Counted from the first letter of the stretch, positions 38,979 through 52,420 are shown. The stretch is DNA of 64,000 nt from Amoebidium appalachense (GCA_963693365.1 CAVNZM010000015.1:5339502-5403501), one strand, 5' to 3'. The notes: generated by a model not told the origin, from the letters alone. Translations and numbers: made by a program.

Positions 38979-39201
38979 TTAATGCTCAGACGTATATCTC
39001 GTGACGGCCTTTGTCCCCTCAGACACGGCATGTTTTGCAAGTTCCCCTGGGAGCATCAGGCGCACTGCCGATTGCATCTCACGGCTCGTAATCGTCGATC
39101 TCTGATTGGCTTTGACCAGCACAGACGCCTCATGGGAGATCCGATTAAGCATGTCGTGCACAAAGCTGTTCATCACATTCATTGCCTGCCGGGGGGCGGG
39201 G

Positions 39202-39241
<40 letters not shown>

Positions 39242-39499
39242 GAGGGAGGGGGGGAGGGGGGGGGGGGGGGAGGAGAAGGAGGGGGGGGGGGGGGTAGGGA
39301 GGGAGGGAGGGTCATGGTAAAAGGATTAACGTCAGAAATTATGCACAAGGGAGGAGGGAAGTGGATTCGGAAAGGGGAAAGCGACAGAGGGGCACAAGTT
39401 GTGGCCAAGGAAAAGTGGGGTGGGTGGGTTGGGGGTTTTTTTTTTGGGGGGGGGGGGGGGGGAGGGGGGAGAGGGGGAGGGGGGGGGGGGGAGGGGGGT

Positions 39500-39534
<35 letters not shown>

Positions 39535-39779
39535 CTTCATTTGTTAAGCCTTTTCGGACCAATTCTTCTTCCTTTCGTTCGTTTTTTTTTCTTCCGGCGG
39601 AAGAATGGGGAAAAAAAAAAAAAAAGGGGGGGGGGGGGGGGGGAGGCTTTGTGTGTAGAACCTTTTACTTCCTTCCTTATGACTTTCTCAGTTTTAGCTT
39701 ATTGAATTATTCAGTTACTACTAGTAGTAGCTATTGTCTTTTATTTATTTATTGATTTTATTTAAATTTGTTCTTTTTT

Positions 39780-39810
<31 letters not shown>

Positions 39811-41170
39811 ATTATCTAAGTTCTTTCAGTTTTTTGCTTTATTGGAGGGGAGGAGGGAAGAGAAGGGGTGTGAAGATCTAGGAAACGTCAGGGCTAAGTA
39901 CTGTTATGTATCCAGAGCACTTTGAAACCATAATGACCCCCCCCCCCCCCCCCCCCCCCCACATCCTCCTCCCCCCTTCGTGGTGCTTCTTTCTACTTCA
40001 AAAGGGTGTGTGTGTGCGCGCAGCGCACGCACGCATATTGGGGGGGCGGGGGGGGGGGGGGGGGGGGGGAGGGGAGGGGGGGGAGGGGGGGGGGGGGGGG
40101 AGGGGGGGGGGGGGAGGGGGGGGGGGGGGGGGGGGGGGGGGGCTGCCCACCAGCTTAGACATTCCCATCTCCGGGTGGACCTGTTTAAGCACACGGTAGA
40201 TGAAAACAGAAAAAGAGGAGGTGTCGATGTGCCGACGCCTTTTCCCCCCACCTTGCCGAAGTGCTTTTCCTCGGGGTTTCCCAGTGCGGGTTGGGCGGGT
40301 GGGTGTTTTGTCTCCCGTGTCCACCCATGCGCCCCCTCCCTCCTCTGGCTCTTTCTCTCTCTCTTTCTCCTTCACTTCTTTCTCTTTATTTCTGCCTTCC
40401 TCCTTTACTTCTTTCTCTTTCTCTTTCACGTCTTTCTCTCTCTCTTTCTCCTTCGCTCCCTTCATTGCCACTTCTCCCACCTCTCCCTCGTTTTCTTCCT
40501 CCTCTCCCTCGTTTCCTTCTTCCTCGCTTCCTTCCACCTCCATAGCTTCCTCCCTCTCTTCTTCCTCTTCCGTTTCTTCCACAATCTCTTTCTTCCTCTC
40601 CTTTTTCTTACCTTCCTCCTCCCCTTTCCTTTCTTCCCCCTCCTCTTCCTCGCTCATCCCCTCCCCCACCACTCCCTCTCTTTTCCCCTCCCTCTCCCTT
40701 TCCTCTCTCTCTCTACCTGCTAACTCATCCATATCCCCCAAATCTTGAGTTCCGCTTCGCGAAAAACCTCCCAAGTTCACACGAGCCCCCCCTTCATCCT
40801 CAGGTGGGACATTTCCCCACAAACCCGACTCCTGTGACGGCTCGATGGAAAGTTGGCCCTCTGAAGAGCCCCCCCGGCCACCACGTCCCCCTCTACCCCC
40901 ACTTGCAACCCCCCTACCCATCCCACGACCCCCCCTCCCAATCAAGCCAGTCATAGACCCTGCCAGGCTTGCAGGAACCTGCACTGTTTCCCTCGTTTGT
41001 ATCACGGTTTGCCTCGTTCGAATCACACCCCTTCCTTGGCCCCTTCCACCCCGGCCTCCCCGTGGGTGGGTGGTAGCCTCGATGGTGTCTTGCTGTGTGA
41101 CATGACTTGTGCTTTCGGAGACAGGAACGAGGGGTGGGCCACTGCGGGTCTGCCTGGGTCGGCGGCTCAT
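38979..41170 (-). CDS. H2B: Histone H2B variant with a ~300-aa N-terminal extension, ~408 aa; exons 41170-40151 and 39185-38979
   Basis: Histone fold [22 protein letters not shown]|[21 protein letters not shown]...[39 protein letters not shown], split by a phase-0 GT-AG intron. The first exon is open for 1020 nt and starts in a GCCACCATG context. Confidence 0.9.
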
Positions 41171-41801
41171 GGTGGCGGTGGGTCTGGGGGGAGGAATACT
41201 ATGATTTATCCCCCCCCCCCCCCTCTCCCCCCACCCATCTCAAAAAAAAAAAAAAAAAGAGCTATGCGAACTTCAATCCCTCCACCTCCCCCCTCCCCCC
41301 TTCCTCCCCCTCCCTCATCCGTCAACTCCAATGATGCCAAAGTTTCTTTTGCAGTTTGTCCTGCATGGTTTCCTTATGGTCACCGATATTATGGGCTTTT
41401 TCTTTTTCGTCCTCATCACTCCTGCCCCCTCCTGCCCCCCCCCCCCCCCCTCTCCCCCCCCCTCTCCTTTCCCCCCCTCCCCCCCCCCCCCCCCCTCCCC
41501 CAACCTCCCGAACATCTACCACATCACATCCTTCTCTCTAAGTAGGTTGCCCTGAACTGAGGATAAACATTAAGTTGTAAGCACTGTACCTACATCTCAA
41601 AGCGGAGTCACAGATGAGCCACGGCGCCAGAATTTTCCGCAAATCAACTAATTAGTAGTAGAGGTGAAATAAATGCATCAGGCATCTTTTTTGGTAGTGG
41701 TGATGGCATTTGTGTCAATGTGCATGTGTGTGCAGAAAAGGGCCCGGGTCAAAAAGGAAAGGGGTCATCGGGGTGGGATGGATGGGGGAGGGCGCTGGGG
41801 G

Positions 41802-41878
<77 letters not shown>

Positions 41879-41984
41879 CTCGGGGGGGGGGGGGGGGGGG
41901 GGGGGTTGGAACCTTCTCGGTTAACGTGTGGCGGTTTGTCGAATAGCCCGGAGTTGCCCAGTCGATTTTGCCAGGGCTCGGAGG

Positions 41985-42015
<31 letters not shown>

Positions 42016-42559
42016 GCGTAGCACTCACAAAAAAACCCACTGTGCGACAGACACAGACAATGGCTTAGGCCCTGAATGGTGTGCACATTTTACAAAAAAC
42101 CAGAGAGCTCGAGGGGCATAAGTCCGCTTTTCATCACCCACTCTCACAAAATGTATCATCGGAGGAAAAGGCCAAAAATAAAGCGAATCTCGAACAAAGA
42201 GACGAACCCTGCTGTGAACACTGCTATGGTACAGCTTGGGGCTCTGACAGGCCAAAGAAATCTCTACGCAAATCTGATTGTCTTCACATGCCTGTCAAAA
42301 CATCTATATCCCAAGAATAGAGGAGAGTGGCACCCGGGCCATTACACCGAGAAATTGAACAACGTTGTGTTTGTTTACTATCGTGCATTCTCTCGGCTGT
42401 TTTCTATCAAATTGCACCTGTCACCCAACAAACGCAAAAACGTGATATTTTCTCATGACTATAGGCGACATGTATCGTGCACGAAAAAGGATGTGACATA
42501 CCGACTATCAGTGCGCACTTGCTCGAGCTTCGCGACCTCCCTTTCTGGAATGCATCCGA

Positions 42560-42605
<46 letters not shown>

Positions 42606-43807
42606 ACCCGGTACCCCAGTAGTGACCCATGGCAAGTTCAGGGTGTGCATGTGCCCACGCCGGCGGCTGCAGCGAGCGCAGTTGTTCAGTTAGTGCTACC
42701 GACATTTGCGTAACGGAAGTCTAATATAAGTGCGTGATATGTAACGAATTGGTGCATGATTATACTGTCTGTCACCTGTGTACATAGTAAAATCAGTAGT
42801 CACTGTTTTCAAAATGAATATTTATTCAACAATAAATACAATGGCACGGCAAGACATAAAGAAATAAAAAAATATGTTTTAAAATTTATTTCTTTTATAA
42901 GACATAAAGAAAAAGGGGAAAAAGTTTAAATATAATCAACAAATGGCTTTCACATGTTCTACTTGATGTGCCAATGAGCGCTCAGCCGAACTTGTGAGCC
43001 ATGTCTGAGCGAAGCAGAGAATGGCACAAGTATCTGATGTCTTGAGCAGAGAATGAGCAGAGAGGGGCAAAGTGCTTTTGCTTTCCCCATGGTTTGGTTT
43101 GGCCACCAGAGTTTTCAACTCGGCTTTTTATTGGCTCCCGGAAGTGGATTAACTTGAGCTAATCTCACTCCCGGCGGCTCGGAGTGAGCATGCCGTGCAT
43201 ACTTGTCATATCTTTCCGTCGAATAAATCCAGTCAAAAGAAAAAAAATAAAAATTAACCAGCGATCGAGCTGTATAATCCACTCCGATTAGGTTAATTCC
43301 ACTCCCGGTTGTCGATCGGGCGAAAGGCGCCCGAGACATAAGAAAAATGAGAGGATGAATCTGAAGGGCAGCTGCCTTATATACCTTCGAATTTATCGTC
43401 GAGCCAATCAGATAGTTTGTTTTATTCAGCTGGTTTCCATATAAAAAAGAATCAGGCACAGTTTGTTTCAAACACATGCAAATATATTCATGTTTTTTTT
43501 ATAGCATAATAATATTATGTACTATGGGCAAAAAAAATAGTTACGCATAGTTACATGGTGTCTGTTGTGTTTTTGTTTCCGACATCATGTGATCATAATT
43601 ATTGATTCAGTTGTTCGACTCTTCAGAGACTCAAATGTTCATCGATTGGTCGAAATTTATTCAGGAATCCGGGACATTCCCGCCCGGCTCAGCCAGTCAG
43701 CCCGAGAGCCGGACCGAGATGTATGCTTATGACAGAGATCTGTTAATGATATGAATTGAAGGTAGGCGCACTTCAATAACAACAACAAAACAATGATCAA
43801 TAATATA

Positions 43808-44501
43808 AATAATAATATAAAAGTTATGATAATAAGATAATGCAAAAGAAAATTATCAGGATAATTGTTAACAGAAATACAGAATGAAAGCTTTTCATGG
43901 CCAAACCTCATTACGCAACTCGATGCCGTGTTCACCAAAAGTTACCACTGCTCGGTCTCGCAATTTACGATCACGAGGCCGTAGCCTCGTGATCATAACT
44001 TGCGGACCTCACAGTGCTAACTTTGGTGAACACGGCATCTCGATTGAGTAACACCAGAATATCGATGATGCCACATATGGAGGAAACCATAGCATGATCA
44101 TTCTTTATCATATTGAGACCGGTACCTAAGGAATCCAAATTCGAAGTGCACGTGATATGTATGTACAACCAGTACAACCTTGTACATAGCCATATTCCTA
44201 ATTGCGCATATATGCGTATGAAATATCACTTAGGTGACTGTGCTATTCGAAACAACAGTCACTTCTGTTGACCAAGCGTGTGGGTATACAATTGCATTGC
44301 CGCAATGATTCCTTGCGCATGCTTGCGTGCATGTCACCAAAATAATCACATCACATGCACATGCACGGTACATCAAGCACACCCGATACGTCAGGTGCAC
44401 AGAAAAATGTTTGGTTATAGCGCGCTGCTACTTAAAAGTACTTTAGAATCCTTACACTTTCATGTTTGTGTGGAGCAGATGATGCTCATTCTTGCCGGGC
44501 A
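43808..44501. repeat. 694-bp direct repeat, copy 1, containing a ~140-bp hairpin (43911-44051)
   Basis: Matches 49047-49740 at offset 5239, with about 3 substitutions seen by eye. Confidence 0.95.
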
Positions 44502-44695
44502 GGCGAATGCGGGGCTCCCGTCTGCTAGATGGGGCCGGTGGCTCATGCCCCTCGCGCAGGTACAATCCAAAACTGTTATGAGAAAACGAATGTTGAAGAG
44601 TGTGTGTGTTTGTGATCCACGTCATATGTGTGTGCATGTGCTCATGTGTGTACACGTGTGTGCGTGTGTGTGTTTCTGTGTGTATCACAGTGTGC

Positions 44696-44738
<43 letters not shown>

Positions 44739-44837
44739 TGTGTGTGTATGTGTCACGGTTCCTGTCGCGAGAAACTAGGAGGTACGTGTGCGGGGAAAGT
44801 CTTTGGGCATTTGGGACAGGAAGAGTGGGGTGGGGGT

Positions 44838-44868
<31 letters not shown>

Positions 44869-44979
44869 GGGGGGGGGTGTTAATAAACACCCGTCCCACC
44901 CAATCAGAAAGAACTTCTTTGCAGATGGGTGGCCATATGCTTTTAGACACATGACCAAAAAAAAATTGCAGAGTCGGTG

Positions 44980-46485
44980 TTACAACTCTGGTAGTACCGC
45001 ACCCGCTCGCCTCCGCTTGCCACCACAATGGCCTCGTCTTTCGACCACTGGTATGGGAACAACCGTTGGCCTCCCAGCTAGGAAAGGAGGGCCACTATAA
45101 CCAGGAAAGTCAACCAATACAGCTGCAGGAAGGTCAGTAGCGGGGGACTCCCCAGGCCTGTATAGGAGATCAACCACAGGCCGACTGCACCATTCACCAA
45201 ACCCAGCTTGACATTCTGCTTAGCAAGAGAGAGAGAGAGGGGGGGGGGGGGAGAGAGAGAGGGAGAGAGAGAGGGGGGGGGGGGGGGGAGAGAGAGAGAG
45301 AGAGAGAGAGGGAGAAAGGGAGAGACAGACAGAGATAAAGAGAGAGAGAGAGGGAGGGAGGGAGGGAGAGAGGGAGAGAGTGAGAGAGGGGGGGGGGGGA
45401 GAGAGAGAGAGAGAGAGAGACCTCTCTCTTAGTTATATTCTTGTCACCTGAAGAAACACGAGCACCAACTGCAAGACACAATTCTGGCTCAAGACCACCA
45501 ACAACATCAGCAGGTGCATTTTTAGCAAGTGCAGAGTCCACAGAATTCTGCGCTACCAGCCGTGCCACAGGTTTTCCCATTGCGTGCAGAGTCTGCATGT
45601 TGTAAGCATACACCCGGTTCTTATTGGCCATTATTCTCATAGCCCCTTCAAACAAACCCCACTCGCCAGTGGCTGCTAAGGATTCTCTCGAACGAGACAT
45701 GAGAAACTGCCAATCACCAGGTTGCATCTGACCATTGCGCAGGCGAAGAAGAAACGCCTTAAAAGCCAACTCCTCTTCATTAACACCCAACTGCCTTTTA
45801 ACCACATCCAACATGCCACTACTGTTTTGAATTTCAAAATCTCACTTGAGCCTAGGAGTTTGAAATTCTGCTCGTCCTTCGTGTGGTCGTAGGGTTCATA
45901 CTGCGCAGGATCGCCACACGGAGGTAACTGTGCCATATCGCCTACCAGAATGATTGATACCTTATCCAATACCCTGGCTTCCTCTAGACGCGTTAGCAAA
46001 ATTCCCAGCATGCCCTGTCCTATCATAGACATCTCATCAATTATCAAATAGCGGCAATGGCAAAGCTTTCTTTGTATTGCAGCTAACTGAGCGCTAGAGG
46101 CATACGGCTTGGTAGTCCCAATAGGTACCTTGACATCAAAAAGACGATGCAGGGTTTCCCCACCTATGTTATGTGCTGCAACACCAGTTGGTGCCGCAAG
46201 CCGCACAAATTCGTCTGGCGGGACCCCCAACTCCACGGCACGTTCACGCAGCGCTCTTACCATGTGGTGAACAGTCCAACTTATACCGCAACCGCCATAG
46301 CCGGCAAGAATCATAAGCAATGGTGGACGTGTACCTTCGGGGGCAGACACATGCTCCTGCAGAATATCATATGCTACCTGTTGTTTGCCTTCAAGTCTTC
46401 CAGCCACCTATTACAACAGGTATGATGAGTGTCTCACTGTGTGCATATTTTCATGTGTGTGCTTGCTGCCTTGTGTGTGTGCCGT

Positions 46486-46516
<31 letters not shown>

Positions 46517-46703
46517 GGAAGAAGGGGGGGGGGGGGGGGGGGGGAAGCTAGTGGTGTGCATGTGGGTGTGCATGTGACTTTGCTTGTGTGCATGTGTGCA
46601 TGTTCAGCCTGAGTGTTGATTGTTCGAGCGCAGCATGCGCTCAAGGCTTGTGTTTTGCATATTTTCATGTGTGTGCTTGCTGCCTTGTGTGTGTGCCGTG
46701 TGT

Positions 46704-46785
<82 letters not shown>

Positions 46786-46952
46786 AGCTAGTGGTGTGCA
46801 TGTGGGTGTGCATGTGACTTTGCTTGTGTGCATGTGTGCATGTTCAGCCTGAGTGTTGATTGTTCGAGCGCAGCATGCGCTCAAGGCTTGTGTTGGCATT
46901 GTGTGTGTGGCAGTGACGCTGTGTGCCACCCAGTGACTATGTGTGTGTGTGT

Positions 46953-47003
<51 letters not shown>

Positions 47004-47373
47004 ACGGTGCTTCCTGCCTTTGGTGCGCTTGTTCGTGACTTGTGCGGACGTGACGGCATGCGTGACTGTAAAAAACTTGAAAGCCTAGCAGACTAGCAAG
47101 GGCCGGGGATAAGCGATTGAGGGAAGGGAGGGGCACACAGAGGGGAAAGGGTAGAAGGGGGCAGGGGGGAGAGAGGGGTGGGGAAGGGGGGGGGATATGA
47201 GTGTGCATCCTTATCTTACAATTTGTGTGTGTCGTTAACGTGTGACTGTGTGTGTGGGTGTGCGCACAGTGTGTGTGTGTGTGTGTGTGTGTGCGTGTGT
47301 GAGTGTGTGTCTGTGGGTGTGTGTGTGTGTGTGTGTTTGTGTGTGAGTGTGTGTGCGTGTGTCACGTGTGTAT

Positions 47374-47404
<31 letters not shown>

Positions 47405-47549
47405 GGGGGGGAAGGTGGGCAAGGGGGGGGGGGGGAGGGGGTGGCGGATTGGTGTGAATCCTCGTCATACAGTGTGTGTGTGCATGCGTGTGCCAGTGTG
47501 TGTGTGTGTGTGTGACACTGTGTGTGTGTGTGGGTGTGTGGGTGTACAC

Positions 47550-47610
<61 letters not shown>

Positions 47611-48200
47611 CTTGTGCGTGTGTGTTTGTGTGTGCCATACTGTGCGTGTACGTGTGTATGCGCGTGTGTCTCTGAGTGTGCAGGACAGTGTGCACACAAA
47701 GTTTAACGGTGTGTGTGCGCGCATGTGCACTGGCAGGTGACACTGCATGTGTACATGTGTGCGTGCCTGCTATTGGTTTGTGCCTGCGTATGTGCATGGT
47801 GGTGTGGCTGTGCGTGCAGTGTGCGGGCGTTCGGGACACGGGGGGGGGGGGGGGAGGGGGGAGGGGAGGGGGGGGGGGGGGGGAGGGGGGGGGGTACATC
47901 ACATACCAGTGCAGGGTCACTCCATGGGTGCTGCGCCTCTTCTTCGTTTCTGTTGTCGGAAACAAATGAAGCTGCGGCCTCAATGTCGTAATTGCCCTCA
48001 GCCACCCAATCCTCCGCCACCTGTGGACCCACCACCCCACCTGCATCTCCTGGCAAGGGCTGCCGTGGCATCTGGCCTGCATAAAGGGCTTCTAGCGGCT
48101 GTTGCGTAGCAGAATTTAGGCCGGCAGGAAAGTTATCATTTAGATCACTTTCTTGGGTGTCACCTGCCTCCTTGAAAACTGACCTTGAAACGACAGCTGT
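44980..48200 (-). pseudogene. Decayed transposon-type PIF1 (SF1B) helicase, Helitron/Helentron-like, apparently spliced
   Basis: Motifs MILAGYGGCGIS (Walker A K>I), AAPTGVAAHNIGGETLH, LIIDEMSM, VGDMAQLPP, VKRQ...LLRLRNG, LAVGARV and GLVNGAVG. Frameshifts near 45815 and 45178, and a GA-repeat interruption at ~45227-45430. No motif V/VI (TIHKSQG) and no HUH Rep domain are visible. An upstream exon at ~48170-47908 ends in a GTATGT donor. Confidence 0.85.
46442..46894. repeat. Tandem duplication (~215-240 bp) in the PIF1 intron
   Basis: tgcatattttcatgtg...gctcaaggcttgtgtt occurs twice, differing mainly in G-run length. Confidence 0.9.
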
Positions 48201-49046
48201 GGTGTATACGTACATGTGCGAAAACAAACAAACAGTTTTAGAATTATAAGGATGGGAGAAAACAGTTGACAGTAAAAGCATGTCAGCAACTTTTGCAGTT
48301 TTAAAGCAAACGAAAACGAACATAAAGAAAGAACAACAGCGCCAATATAACACCAACTGTTCGCACATGCAGCACAGGTAAGAATTCCGGCAGCAGGTCA
48401 TGCATATGCATGGCAGGAATATGCACATATACACACCTGTGCACCCAGGGCAACAGCAAACAGGAGCAGAACGACCTGCCAGGTCCTCATTCCACTACCA
48501 GAACCAACCTTGCGGGAACCCATATTGTGTGGGCAAATGACTCAACAACGCCGTTACGTGGCTACGCGAAGTTCTTTTGAAAAGAAGTGTGCTTGGTTTG
48601 TTTCAGTACGTTTACTGAGTGCCCCCGTTACGTTTTACTGGGTGGTAACGTGCCATGGCTGCCCAAAACGCATTGCCGCGCTCTCTGCAAACAGCGCAAC
48701 AATATAGACAATTGGTACCGAGATAGGCGTAATGTCTCCAAGCGCATTTAGAGACCCCTAGAGAAGTCAAACTTTGTACCCCAGAAATTCAAATTACAGT
48801 ATTTGTCCCCGGTATCCGTTCTCCGTTCGTTATCGGGGCTATAAACACCCACTTATTTGCTCTTCAAAATCCGTGTCAGCGATTGGGCAAAAGCGTTTTT
48901 ATCGTTTACCCTCCTCCCTTTAGCCAATCAAATCGCATATATTCGCCGCTACCCCGGCCTCCCCTCACCTCCCCCCCTCCACGTCCGGATCTTTCGAACC
49001 CTACTCCTATTTGATCTCGTGGAGTAGAAAGGAGCCTACCGGCCCC

Positions 49047-49740
49047 AATAATAATATAAAAGTTATGATAATAAGATAATGCAAAAGAAAATTATCAGGA
49101 TAATTGTTAATAGAAATACAGAATGAAAGCTTTTCATGGCCAAACCTCATTACGCAACTCGATGCCGTGTTCACCAAAAGTTACCACTGCTCGGTCTCGC
49201 AATTTACGATCACGAGGCCGTAGCCTCGTGATCATAACTTGCGGACCTCACAGTGCTAACTTTGGTGAACACGGCATCTCGATTGAGTAACACCAGAATA
49301 TCGATGATGCCACATATGGAGGAAACCATAGCATGATCATTCTTTATCATATTGAGACCGGTACCTAAGGAATCCAAATTCGAAGTGCACGTGATATGTA
49401 TGTACAACCAGTACAACCTTGTACATAGCCATATTCCTAATTGCGCATATATGCGTATGAAATATCACTTAGGTGACTGTGCTATTCGAAACAACAGTCA
49501 CTTCTGTTGACCAAGCGTGTGGGTATACAATTGCATTGCCGCAATGATTCCTTGCGCATGCTTGCGTGCATGTCACCAAAATAATCACATCACATGCACA
49601 TGCACGGTACATCAAGCACACCCGATACGTCAGGTGCACAGAAAAATGTTTGGTTATAGCGCGCTGCTACTTAAAAGTACTTTAGAATCCTTACACTTTC
49701 ATGTTTGTGTGGAGCAGATGATGCCCGTTCTTGCCGGGCA
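49047..49740. repeat. 694-bp direct repeat, copy 2, containing the hairpin at 49150-49290
   Basis: See copy 1. Its outer end reads, on the minus strand, TTTTTAGTATTGCCCGGCAAGAACGGGCA (a T-run followed by a small hairpin). Confidence 0.95.
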
Positions 49741-50414
49741 ATACTAAAAAATAGTACTGTAACATTTGGGGCCAAAAGATCATTACGTCAGCATCTCAAA
49801 ACGTAAACTTATGAGGGTGTCTTGTGCTCACTCCAATCTCCTTACGAGTTAGTCTAAAACAAGACACCTTATATTTCTATTTTTAATCCATATCGCACTA
49901 TAGGTTCGCTGATCGGCGATAGGTATGACGTCATGCAGTTAGAACTACTTTAGCTGCGATTGCGATGGGCTCCAAACTGGCTGGCCGGGCCAACAAACGG
50001 AGCAAAGTGAAAGAGCTGTGAAAGCGAGGTTGAAAGATAGGCTTGTTCTTTCAAGTAGGAAGATAGGGAGATAAGGAGGGTGTTATAGTGAATGGAAGCA
50101 GTTACTGAAAGACGGTTGTTAGGTTTGTTACACGTAGACGCATGTGCTTTTGCTTTTGTTGTGGGAGTAGCGAAGTTTGGAAAGGGAGGGAGGGGAGTTA
50201 GGGCAAAACGGATTAGGTGCAAGTGAGAAACACACGGGGATATGAGGGTTAAGCGGGTCAGTGTGTGGCATTTCGATTTTACCGACTACAAAGCGGTTAT
50301 ACGGCAATGATTTCGTTGTCTTCACGTGAGACAGCACCCTACCACAAAAGTGGCAGGTGACCAAGCAAGAGTTTAACCAAGAAGACCAGGATTTTGACTG
50401 TGGTAATTGGAAAA

Positions 50415-50897
50415 ATGGCGCAGTTAATTGAACTCTTGTTGAGGCTGTGGGTGTTTATACTGGACACAGTCAAGAGGTTGCTGCGGAGAAAGCCCTCTGG
50501 CGCATGGCAGCAGGTAAGCTTATGACCGCTTCTATTTTTCATGTTGGGTGCGATGTTGGGCAACATTTCCTGTGTTGGTTGTGTTCTTTTCCTTTTACAA
50601 ATGGGTTCTGTATTTTTGGGATATGCTAGGCGGCCTCTCCTGTATTGGGTTTGAGCTTTCCCTCTTAGTTTTGGATGCTATGGTGCAGGTTATTAAAGGG
50701 TATGTAACCACATGCTTGGTGATGCAGCACGGCGATTTGAGCTGTAACTTTTAGATCTGTGTTGCCAAGTCTTGTCTTCACCCCTTTCATAGGACTCCCC
50801 CCCTTTCCCCCCCTCCCCCCCCCCTTCCTTCCCCAACACACACACACAATCACACACACGCGCGCGACACAGACGCATGTGTGTGTACACAGGCGCG

Positions 50898-50939
<42 letters not shown>

Positions 50940-51274
50940 ACGGTTGCTTGTTTTTGCGGCTGTTCATTTGGCTGTTCATATGCCCTACCTTCCATCTTGC
51001 ACCATATGCTTTCGTCCCCCCCCCCCCCCCCCTTCCCCCCACCCCGGCGCTGATTCGTTGTTTTTTGACTAAAGGCGTCTACACACTTTTATGACTTCAA
51101 CCCTTCTCCCCCCCCCCCCCCCCCCCCCCCTTCTTTCCCCTGTGAATGCATGGTGTTATGTGCTTAATTGTCTGTTAAGCCTTCGTTTCTTTGGTTGCTT
51201 TCCTGTCTCATTTATGGAGATTTTCCTTTCTGCCTTGCTTTCTGCGTCACGACCCACACATGCATGAAACCTCC

Positions 51275-51312
<38 letters not shown>

Positions 51313-52322
51313 CCCTTTTTTCCCCGTTGTTCGATCGTTGTGTTATTTGATGTGATTCTTATGAAAAGTCTCCCAAAGGGATTTCCATCTCCCCTCCCTC
51401 CCCTCCCCCCCCCTCTCCTGGCCACTCACACACACTAACCGTTCCCCCCCCCTCCCCCCCCCCCCTCGCCCCACCACTCTACTCCTCCCCTGCCCCCAAG
51501 TTGCCTAACTTTGTGTGCCTGCTTCATCCCTCTTGTGTCTGTCACACGTGCTTTAATGTCTACAAAACCCCTCTACAGTGGGTCATATATCAATGTCAAA
51601 CCCTCCGCAACCTTACCCCCCCCCTCCCCCCCCCCCCCCCCCCCGGTCCCCCCCCCCCCCCCCCCCCCCGGCGCACCATGTAGCACTCACACGCCCACAC
51701 ACATAGACCTACCAACCGACACACGCATGTACACCCATGCACAGACACCCCACGCACCACACACGTATACACACCCTCTCCTTACCCTCTTTCCCCTTTC
51801 CCCCACCCCTCCAGCACACACACAGCCCCTCCTCCCCTCCCCCCTCCCCCCACCCCCTTCCCCCCCCCCCCCCAAACCCACACACACACACATTCTTCCC
51901 GATGGGTTCTTCTTGTTATATAAACCTTTGTATGGTTTGCGCTCTGCATTGTGTTATGAATGTGTGCTTCGTACTTTATGTGTACGGTGTTGTCCGTTAT
52001 GAATGTGGACTTCACATGCTATAACACATTCCAACCCTTCCTCCCCCCCCCCCCCCCCCCCCGTTCACCTCCCCCCCTTCCCCCCCCCCCCCCCCCCCCC
52101 CCGGCCCCCAACATACACACACACATCCCCTCCTCCCCCCACACCCTCCACAAACAAACACATCCTATCCCCCTCCTTTCCACACACACCATCCCCCCGC
52201 CTACAGGCACAGCACCACCACACACAGGGGGCTGATGGGGAGAGAACGAGCATACATAGGTGCGTGGAAATATTATCATCACACCCACACACACACTCTC
52301 TCTGCTCTCTCTGCTCTCTCTG

Positions 52323-52420
<98 letters not shown>

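Noticed and set aside
45194-46407. Functional host PIF1 gene
   Set aside because: The Walker A lysine is lost, there are at least two frameshifts, and the C-terminal motifs are missing.
48437-48492. Signal-peptide-like exon MRTWQVVLLLFAVALGAQ upstream of PIF1
   Set aside because: The frame and acceptor are ambiguous and a signal peptide is implausible for a nuclear helicase; it cannot be supported without transcripts.
43808-49740. 694-bp repeats as retroviral LTRs
   Set aside because: No TG...CA termini, PBS, PPT or TSD, and the interior encodes a helicase.
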